From the human T2T-CHM13v2.0 reference genome, Homo sapiens, in the NCBI RefSeq assembly GCF_009914755.1, contig NC_060935.1: DNA of 64,000 nt; one strand, given 5' to 3'. Of the stretch, positions 26,175 through 37,260 are shown piece by piece. Position numbers and translations under genes: made by a program. Below the pieces are notes generated by a model. It had not been told where the DNA came from, made no database searches, and saw nothing but the letters and a program-made list of their open reading frames with translations. Within the stretch, counting starts at the first letter, position 1. Every line of letters starts with the position of its first letter.

Positions 26175-27248
26175 TCCATCTTAACAAACAGACCCTGTGC
26201 AAAGCTTGGGCTGATTCCCCCCAACAAAAGCCCACTGCCTCCTCCTTTTTGTGCTCATATCATCTGGCAGAGCTCCTGAGAATGATCACAGGCCTCAGTG
26301 CGCTGTAATTATCTGCTTCCGTGGCTGCCTCACCCACCAGACTGGGAGCTTCCCCGGGTTCAGACTTCTGATCCACTTGGCCAAGCTTTTCTGAAGACCT
26401 ATAGTGTCTGCAGCCCCACACCTGGTGATGGGGACACAAGATATGCCAGGCCCTGTCCTTGCTAGAAGAGTCACTGTATAGAGGACCTATGTCCCCTGCA
26501 CTGGGCCTGGCACCAAGGAGGTACCTATTTAGTTGTCAGTCAAAAAGCTGGTTAAATGTGAGACGGAAGGAAAAAAAGAACCAATCAAAGCATCTTACAC
26601 CACACAACTGCAGAGCCACTTCTGAAAGCCTGAATTCTGCCTCTGAATAATAATTAGCCTCTTCCCAATTTACAGAAAAAAAAATTACAAAAAAAAGACT
26701 CAATTAGGTACTTTTCTCTCACAAATTTTTCTTAAACCTCTGATATCCATTTGCACATTTCTGTACCATATCTAGTGTAAGATGACCTCAAATCTGGCAC
26801 AGGATACTAATTTCATCACTGTCATGAACATCACTACTCTTCACAGTCTTCTGCAAAGAACAGCAGTCTCTGCTTCCAGGCAGGTCCGAGAACCTGGGGC
26901 CTAAACTTTTCCTCCCTTCCTTCAAATGTCGAGGTTTCACCTTGGTGACCAATGAAAACCGAGCTTGCTCGAATGCTGAGGAAGAAAGTCCCAGGAGCTG
27001 GCTGGCCCACCTTGAAGGTTCATGCTAATTCCATGATATAAGGCCTCCAAATCCACTATTTGTCATTCATTCCTTTGGAGGAAGCATCACTTTCTCTAGG
27101 ATTCTCTTTTAAAATATAAATCTTCTCTGGAGGTGGAAGCCCATTCAACCCTCAGATTGGAGGTTAAGGAAACTTAGTTTAATGCTGGGCTCTTGAGAGG
27201 CAGTAAATCACAGGGTTTGTGAAGAGGTCAGCCTGCCTGGGTTTTCAT

Positions 27249-27409
27249 TTTTTTTTTTTTTTTAGAGACACAGTCTCACTCTGTCGCCCAGGCTGGAGTG
27301 TAGTGGCACAATCATAGCTCACTGCAGCTCGAACTCCTGGGCTCAAGCAATCTTCCTGCCTCAGCCTCCCAAGTAGCTGGGACTACAGGTGCATGCCACC
27401 ATGCCTGGC
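27249..27409 (-). mobile_element. FRAM-like Alu monomer inserted in a MIR
   Basis: T-tail plus a single right-arm monomer, with TSD cctgcctgggttt (27232-27244, 27412-27424). The MIR continues on both sides. Confidence 0.85.
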
Positions 27410-27743
27410 GACCTGCCTGGGTTTGAAACCCAGCTCTAACATGTATTTAATGGAGCAAGTTTCTAAATGCCTTTATACCTCAGCTTCCTTATCTATAAAG
27501 CAGGGATAACCATGGCATCAGCCTCATGGGCTCTCAGACAAGTATCTGGAACGCTGTACTAAGCAAGAGACAAGTCTACTCAGAGCTTCAGTTTTTTCCT
27601 GTCCATAAAATGGGACGATAATCCCATTTATGCCTTTTTCATAAACTCCCCCATGGGGGAGGTGGACATTGTGTAAGAACCCAGTCAGCTGCCCTCTGCA
27701 GTCTGTCTTGAACTCCTTTCTTCCTCCCTCCTTTTCTCTTTAC

Positions 27744-27827
27744 CTGGAAGAAGGTACCGGTGGCTGTGAGCTGGGCTCCTGGAGGTGTCTTGTCCACAGA
27801 GGCAGTGATATCACTTCACTGGGAGAG
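27744..27827 (-). other. GDPD5: GDPD5 non-coding exon 2 (84 nt, 5' UTR)
   Basis: Acceptor tttatccccttgtcctctCAG (27830-27828) and donor CAG|GTAAAG (G at 27743). Unique, non-repeat sequence. Size and spacing agree with my recollection of the GDPD5 5' UTR structure. Confidence 0.8.
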
Positions 27828-28884
27828 CTGAGAGGACAAGGGGATAAATCCAGTGAGTTCATTCATCAGTCCATCCTGCCTTCTACTGTCCCACGTGACC
27901 CTTAGTGAGCACCCATCCTGTTCCCTCCCTGTGCTGGGTGTGGGGCCCAGTGATGGGTGACACCGAGTCCCTGCCCTGGGGAAGCCACAAAGCTGGTGGA
28001 TGGGCTGACAGGACATACGTGATCTAATACCCAGCCATGAAACCCAGCACATGCAATCCACCTCCACGCATGCTGCCCACAAACCAGCCCCAGGCCCAGA
28101 CCCAGATAACCTGTTTCCTGAACCACTCCTGCCCCTCCAGGACCCACGGATCCAGGATCCAAAGCCCAGCCACCCTGGGGGCAGAGGCCCTTTCACGCTG
28201 CCCAGGGTCCTGCTTCTCTGAGGTAGCTGCCAAACCAGCTTGTTCTTCTAAAGCAGCCGCTAAGGGAAGGACGGTAGCCCGGAGGTGGGATCTGGGGCAC
28301 CACAATTACATGCCTGAGCTCTGACTCACGCACCACCTCCCCCATTGCCAGCTCCTGCAGCCAGCAGGGCAACCCCCCACCCAGGAATTGGGAAAAGAGA
28401 TGGTACCAACAGGCCACGGGAAGCAGAGGGGCCAGGAGAGGTGAGGAGGAGACTGCAGACCAGCATTGCAGGCTTCAGAGGATGCTGACACCTTGTCTAC
28501 TAGGGACACTGAGGCTGCAAGGACGGAGGCCTACCTACATCACATAGAGGCAGAGCCAGGGCTGGGACCTGAGCCTCCTGGTGCCAATATAACAACTCTC
28601 CCCAACCCAACTGGATTCTAGAGCCACACACCAGCAAGAAACACATAACCAAACACACACCTCTGTGTGTGAACCAGAGGTGGACAGAGCTGGACTCAGA
28701 GACAGCTCGGAAATGACAGCCACAGAGAGATCAGCACTTGAGACACTCCCAGGCCTGCCCTTCTGCACCTCCAGGTTCCTCACAGTGCCCTGAATGTACA
28801 GCACTTTACAGTTTATTAAACATACTTATTTCCTCTGCCCCCTACAATGATCCTAAGGCCTAAGTGGCAGAGGAAATATAAATA

Positions 28885-29095
28885 GACCAGTGGCTTCTCC
28901 TCTAAACTTTAATGTTTGAGAAGCCATGGTCTCTTTATATTTCCTGGGGCCTTGGACCTTGGAAACCTAGGGAACTTGTTAAAATGTGGTCTGACTCAGT
29001 TAAGTCTAGGCTGGGGCCTGAGATTCTGCATTTCTGATAAGCTCCCAGGTGATGCTGATGCTGCAGGTCCCTGGACCACAATTTGAGTAGCAAGG
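28885..29095. mobile_element. MER5A-like hAT-Charlie element with rearranged end
   Basis: 'ggggcctgagattctgcatttctgataagctcccaggtgatgctgatgctgcaggtccctggaccaca..ttgagtagcaagg' plus TIR-like cagtggcttctc..aaac. Confidence 0.85.
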
Positions 29096-29099
29096 CCAG

Positions 29100-29540
29100 A
29101 ATGAGTCAAGAGCATGGGACCTGGAGTCGAACTACACAAGTTAGAATCTTGGCTCTTACTGTGTGACCTTGGGCAAATTACTTAACCTTTCTGTGCCTCA
29201 ATCTCCTTAGGTATAAAATACTACTACTAATAAAACCTACCCCATAGGGTCAATGTGGGGATTAAATTAGTTACCATATGTAAAACACTTAAAGTGACTA
29301 TTATTTCAGATTTTGAAATGGAGGTTCTGAGAAGTGAACACACTCAGCAAGGCGGCAGAGCCAGAATTCAAGCTCAAACCTACAAGTGGCACAAAATGTC
29401 ACAGCCATCAAGCCCCTCCCCCCATTAGACAGACATGGATATTGAGGTCCAGAGAGGGGCAGAAAACTGAAATGACCACCAGAAAGTTGGTGTGAGAAAT
29501 ACAAGTCCATGACTCCATCCCAGTGCTCCTTCCACCACAC
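29100..29540. mobile_element. Three adjacent MIR fragments
   Basis: 'ctgtgtgaccttgggcaaattacttaacctttctgtgcctca' and two opposite-strand cores. Confidence 0.8.
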
Positions 29541-30246
29541 CTTACTGCCTGTCAGGAAGGAAAGTACCGCAGAGTCTCCCCAGGGCTGTCAGCTCTGCTG
29601 TCAGCCTTACCTGGGCCCATGGCTGCCCTGGAAACTACCTGTGGGGTTGTCTGGACGCGGAGGCCGCCCCCATCCCCACTCTGCCCTCTCTCCATCCTGC
29701 CCAATAGGCTGGGTGAGGCAGAATGGTCTCACATCCTCCTGCCATTCCCCTCCTCCTACCTCCAGCCTGTGCCCACTGCCCTGTGTCAGGTCACCCAGCT
29801 GGGGTCTCAGGTAGAGGGTGACACGCCCGGGTCTGGCTCCACCCCCACCTTGCCTTCCCAGCACGGGGCCAATGGGAGCCTGTGAGTCACCTGAAGGAAG
29901 TGCTCGGCCCCAAACAGGAAGTGGCTCTTCAAGCAGAAAACCCCTGCAGGATCCCCCAGTGCCCTGGAGCAGATGGCTTAGTAGTGGAAGCTGGTGAAGG
30001 AAGGGAAGCTGATTGGGACACAGCAACATCTACTCAGATTTTACCTGACATTCAAACTTGGGACTCACCCTCCACTTTTTGCTGCCTGGCCTGAGGACTT
30101 TTCTGCTGTGGACTGGCTGTATGCCTTAGGTACATCAGTACCCTCTCTGATCCTCATTCATAGGATCATGGACTGCACTAAAAGACTGCTATAACCTGGT
30201 AGTCCACATGAAATGAAGGGTTGGAGCAAGTGAATATAGGGTTTTA

Positions 30247-30540
<294 letters not shown>

Positions 30541-30734
30541 TAGGGTTTTAAATGAATGAACAAATGCACATGAGTGAAACGAACGAGTAAATTAAGATAC
30601 CTAGATATAAAACTCTAGCTACAGTGTAAGATCTATCATTTGTCTATTGTTCATTGTATGATAGAGAACTCTTTATTGGCAAGAAGACCCACCCCCCGAA
30701 CACCCTTAGACAGGGAAAAGGGGCCCCCACACAT

Positions 30735-30736
<2 letters not shown>

Positions 30737-30770
<34 letters not shown>
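30737..30770. repeat. (CA)17 microsatellite
   Basis: Perfect CA run. Confidence 0.99.
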
Positions 30771-30772
<2 letters not shown>

Positions 30773-30881
30773 TAAATTCATTAAGAGTACACAGGAGCCT
30801 CTGTCACATTATACTCATGTGACCTGTAATCCTAAACATTCGCTCCTAACACCTCTAAGGCCCTAGTTAAACTCTTCTCTG

Positions 30882-31070
30882 TTTTTTATTTTTTTATTTT
30901 TTTAAGGCATGCGTTGTGGACTGGGTCTCACTATGCTGCCCAGGCTGGAGTGCAGTGGCTATTCTCAGGCAAATCATGGCAGACTACAGGTTTGAACTCC
31001 CGGACTCAAGCAACCCTCCCACCTCAGCCTCCCGAGTAGCTGGGACTACAGGCATGCTACCACGCCAGGC
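30882..31070 (-). mobile_element. FAM (fossil Alu monomer)
   Basis: Retains the 7SL-derived 'tgcagtggctattc.caggc' segment (sense CCTG.GAATAGCCACTGCA) that dimeric Alus and FRAM lack. Confidence 0.8.
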
Positions 31071-31669
31071 CTCTCCATTTCTCAAACTTGAAGAACAAAA
31101 GGTGATTCTGTTAAGATGCTGTGAAGGTCTATGGGTCGTGTTGCTGCTGAGGAGGGAGATGGATGCTGCTTGGGGGAGGAGTGCAGCAGGGGGGGGCCTA
31201 AGTGGCAAAAATATATAAGAGGGAGACAAGTTAGCTTGTCAAAGCCTTCCTCCCAGACAGCAGCGAGCACCAGTTTCTTGCATAAGCAAGCATCTCTATT
31301 CCGGTCTTGCTGTGCATCCTTTATTTTGGCATTTCTTCCTGCTCCAATTTGTGGTTCTAAAAGTACTCATGAATTAGTGTGATATTCACAAAAATGCACA
31401 TGGTGGCTGAGGAACATCTTACAACATTCTGCAACTCACATTACTCACATTAATGTAACATGAAGTCTGGTATTAATTCTTTAAATTTGCAACTAGATGG
31501 ACATTGAATACTAGAACTGTGAATAGTTTCATTTCTATAAAATTTTCAAAAATTTAATTAATATTTCATGTCTATTTAAAGATTTTATTTAAAAATCTGA
31601 TCTTCATTAATTGTGATGGGTATAGCTTTAATTTTAATAGATGATTTTATGGAATAAAAACACTCTTGA

Positions 31670-32017
<348 letters not shown>

Positions 32018-32175
32018 ACAGTTCATTTTTAGTTATTCCATAAAATCTTTACTTTAGCAAGATCACTAATTATATTGTTATAATCAAGATTTTCATCACT
32101 TGTGTTCTGTTGATGGCAATAATCTAAAAGACTAAAAGTAAAATGTGATTGTATTTAAAGTACATAAAATTTGAT

Positions 32176-32789
<614 letters not shown>

Positions 32790-32847
32790 TATATATAAGT
32801 CTGAATTTAATTTTATATATATATATAATTTGAATATATATTCAATA

Positions 32848-32990
32848 TAATCCTAGCTACTCAGGAGGCTGAGGAAGGAGAATCACTTGAACCTGAGAAG
32901 CAGAGGTTGCAGTGAGCTGAGATCGTGCCACACTGCACTCCAGCCTGGGTGACAGAGTCAGACTCTGTCTCAAAAAAAGAAAAAAAAGAA
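32848..32990 (+). mobile_element. Alu right-arm fragment
   Basis: 'taatcctagctactcaggaggctgagg...gactctgtctcaaaaaaag'. Confidence 0.9.
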
Positions 32991-34255
32991 TTGTTAAGTC
33001 TTATTATTTATATCTGAACATCATCAGCTTAACAATATACTCGGAGATGTGCAATAAATTCAGACATTCTTGATATTTTATCACTCGCAGTCAAATAAAA
33101 CTAAACTTTACACAATGTAAATATGTACACAATGTACGTATTTCAATGTACATTGTGAAGGTATATTTGTCAAGGAGGGAAGGAGGGAAAATCAAATCTA
33201 TTTTATTTAACAGTCTCCTGGCTTGCTTTACAATCTTCGAATATCTGACAAAGATACATGGATCTCTATTTGTATTTTTGCTCTCAGTGCTCCAAATTTA
33301 GGAGAGGCCTGTCCACTCCCCACCCACCACCTCTCATGTTGTGGGGCCTAGACCCCCTGTGCTGGTGACTTCACATCTGTGGGCAACTGCTTGTCTGTCA
33401 GCCAGCCCTGCCTTCCCCAGTTTGCCTTTTACAAGTGCTTTCCACATGGAAGGTCCTTATGCTTATGCCTTGTGCATGGGGCTGTATTTCCAGGGCAGTA
33501 AGCACTCAAATTTCCTCAGGGGCAGTGATCACAACTTGACTGGCCTCTTCCACAGACCCTGTACTCCTTAAAGTCCCTTCAGCTCCAACAGCATCTTGCA
33601 GGGGAGCCAGGGTGCCCCGGGTCTTCCAACCCCAGTTCTTGTTACACTATCCCCCTGGAAAGGGAGCCGGCTAGGCTGGGAGGGCCCAGCAGCCTCTGCT
33701 GCGCCAGGCTAGAAGCCCCCCGCCATCCAGCTGGGCAGTGGTCATGGTGACCTGTAGCCCATAGCTATTTTCCTCAGCCCCTGACACCTGGGCTGGCAAA
33801 TCTCCACATTCCTTGCCCACTGCTCTTCCTGGCATGTTTCACAAAGAGCTTCTAGAGAGCAGGAAGCAAGTTGGGGAGGTGGGGGAGCAGAGGAGTGAGC
33901 AGGAGACTGAGAGCCAGGAGACCTGGCTTTTCTTCCTGGCTTGGCCACTAGAAGGCAGGTCAACATCTTCCTATGTCATATGGGGACACTGGGACCTGCC
34001 CAGATCCCCTCTTGGGATGACAGGGAGAACCAGTGAGCAGGACGTGACAGGACTGTGTAAACTGTACAGTGTGCAGTGGCTGTAACAGGGGCCAGACCCC
34101 ATCTCCCTCATGTTTCCTGCTCAGCCTGGCACAGTGCCGAGGGCCCATCTATTGTAATACTGCCCAACATTTACAAGGGCTGGACATACTCTCTGTACGA
34201 GGCCAAGGTTTCTATGTACGCTATCTGACGCCTCTTAGCCTCCCGCTGCAGACTA

Positions 34256-34591
<336 letters not shown>

Positions 34592-36339
34592 TAGATATTT
34601 TTTATAGATGGTAAACAGAGCTCGAGAGGGTTTAGGGTCTCTTGAATTCATACTCTTACTACCAAGCCAGTCTAGACACCAAAAATCTAGTCACCAACGC
34701 ACATTTCCTGAGCTCTCCTGTGTGCCCAGCAGACAGACGCAGCCCCTGCTGGAGGAGCCCATGAGCTAAAGGTGTAGACAAACACACCAAGCGCATCATG
34801 TGAACAAAGGTGGCAGGACGCGTAAGGGGTGGAGGCCTTGATGGTGGATCAAAGTTGTCTCCCGGCCTCACCCCCAGCCTGGCACAGTGCTGGACCCACC
34901 ACAGGCAGCAGTAATACCCAGGAGTGAACAAACTTGTTTTCCTGACATTCACCTCCCCAACCTAGCCACTCCCTGCCTGCCTCCTGGACAGTGAGGGGGC
35001 TCTGGAATTTTTAGACCACTTTCTCCTCTGGGACCACCACCCTAAGGGCACCCTCTCTCGGCGCCTGCAGGTGCCCCAGGCCTCTGCAGTGGATTGTACG
35101 TTAAACCTGGTGAAAGTAAAACTGTACTTATCTGAGCACAGAATCCCTTATACAATAGGTACTCAATACATGGGTATCAGATGAGTTAATGAGTTTGCAG
35201 CAGTGACTGACCACTTCGGTGCCTGGCTCAGTTCATCCTGACCACTGGGGGCTTAATTCAAGTTCTGAACCAAAGAGGGGTTAGTGGGCCAGGGCAGAGC
35301 TGATAAAGAGTAAGATGCTCACTTAACCGGCCATGGGGCTGGGAGCAGGTCCTGGCCCTCTCTGCTCTTTTGCTGTGTGATCACCGGCAAATCACTTCAC
35401 CTTTCTGGGCATCCACTGCGTCAAGCAGGGATTAACACCATGTTACAATCTCCTGATTTTAGTTGAGCACATACAAAATGGGTTACAAACATAGGGCACT
35501 GAGGCTCAGAGACAGGAGGTGACTTGGCCAAGGTCACACAGCAGGTGACAGAGTGTGGACTAGCACCCAGGCCTGTCATGGTCTGTTGTGGGGGGCTGGT
35601 GGAGGGGGGGCTGACTCCCAGAGGCCTGAGTGGGGAGGCCAGATCATGGGTAACATCTCTTGTGATGTCACAGGGGACAGGAGAGAGTTAAGGGTGGATC
35701 CCATGAGGGCTAACCCAGGCTGACATCACCAGTGAAAGTGAGAGTCACATAGTCAGAGTCTTAGGATTTAGTCAGTACAGCCAGGAAGGGCAACCTGTTT
35801 ATTTGTTCCTGGAATGTGTTGACCAACGCAAGTTCCCCCAAGTGATCCCTGAGCACCGTCTATGGAAACACAGAGTGGGTGGGCTAGGAAGAAAAGCCAA
35901 ATTCAACTCAGGTGGGGATGGGCCACAGTGGCTTTGATGTCCTCTATGGGCATTTGGTGCCTCCATGGCCTTGAACTAACCTCTGCCCTTAAGCCTTGTC
36001 CCACCTCCTACTCGTCACTGATGCCCTCCGGGCTGGGTGGGTGGGCTGGGAGGGAGAACTACAGCAGGTTACCAGGGCCTCTAGGGCTGGGAGGGACCTG
36101 GACTGGTTGGAGAGATTGCCCAAAGCCAAGTCATCTGGGAGAACAATGGGGGCGGGAGCTCTGTGGGATTTTGCCTCTAGAAGCTGACAGAGAAAGACCT
36201 GGGGCTAGAGAAGCAGTGGAGCACAGTGGGGCTCTCAGAAGGCACTGCCCCTTGCTGACCACACAGCCTGGGATTCCCCCTTCTGCACACCCCTTTCTCA
36301 CAGCTGTCACTTGCTGGTGCCAGGTCCTGGGCAATCAGC

Positions 36340-36615
36340 ACCTTACATGAGTCTGTTGACTCAGGAGGGAGAGGTATGAATTCTCCAGCATCTTTGCCCC
36401 TGGAGGGTCAGCCCTAGGGTATGACTTACAGTGTCCCTCTGGAAGACAAAGCCAAAGTTCCTTCTATGGAGCTTGGCTGGAAATAGCCTCTTGCTTCTCC
36501 TCCTTCTCTTTCTGCTTCTACGTTTCCTATTCCCTTAGCAGGTTTCCCTCAGCAGGGAAGCTTCCTAATGAGTCACTGTCACACGAATCCTTGTCTCAGG
36601 GTCTGCTTCTAGGTC
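36340..36615 (+). mobile_element. ERVL LTR remnant (LTR16-family-like 3' end)
   Basis: 'tcactgtcacacgaatccttgtctcagggtctgcttct' resembles the LTR16/ERVL U5 terminus. Confidence 0.5.
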
Positions 36616-36875
36616 TGCTTCAGGTGTCTCAGGTGGGTGCCATCAATGCTTCCATTTCAGAGATGAGGAAACTGAAGCTCAGATCTTTCCTGTGAAAGAT
36701 CCCCATCTTGCAAGCAGCAGAACATGCACTTGAATTGACGTCTGCCAGGTGCAAAGCCAAGCACTGACCCCTCCCCTCAGGTCCCACCCCTTTGTCCACA
36801 GCCATCATCATCTGAGCTGGTTTATACCCCCAAATGCCACTGTCCCTTCCTGGACATCTGGTCATCTAGGCTAAC

Positions 36876-36923
36876 TTTCCTTCTTTCTTCTTCTTTTCCT
36901 TTTTTTTTTTTTTTTTTTTTTTT
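36876..36923. repeat. Pyrimidine tract ending in T24
   Basis: T run at 36900-36923 with no attached Alu body. Confidence 0.98.
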
Positions 36924-37179
36924 AACTGGAAGGAAAGGAGAAGAATGTGCAGATGATCCAAGGGGGATGACTAAGTCTTCAAATTCCTCTGGTTGGCTCA
37001 GACCCTGTTTTGGTCAATCCTTGTGAATCAGGGCGGGTCTGACATTCTGGGAATGCAAGGAGACTTCAAATCATCTTCATGAAAACAAGTTGTAAAAATA
37101 CTGACCGCCACTCCAAGTGGCCAGCTGATAGGCTTGGCTCCATGGAGCAGGGTTGAACAAGTTCACCAGAAGGGAACAC

Positions 37180-37260
37180 ACAGCGGGAAAGACTTAGGCT
37201 AGACCCAAAGGAAGAACTTCCCTGTAATTGAGAGCTGGGCCCAGAGATGGGGTTGGGTGT
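37180..37260 (+). mobile_element. L3/CR1 LINE 3' remnant
   Basis: 'aagacttaggctagacccaaaggaagaacttccctg' resembles the conserved CR1 ORF2-end motif. Similar pieces occur at ~5760-5950, ~25480-25650 and ~52250-52330. Confidence 0.55.

Noticed and set aside
33942-33958. CTCF-like TGGCCACTAGAAGGCAG
   Set aside because: Mismatch at a high-information core position and located in a MIR remnant. It cannot be supported without ChIP data.
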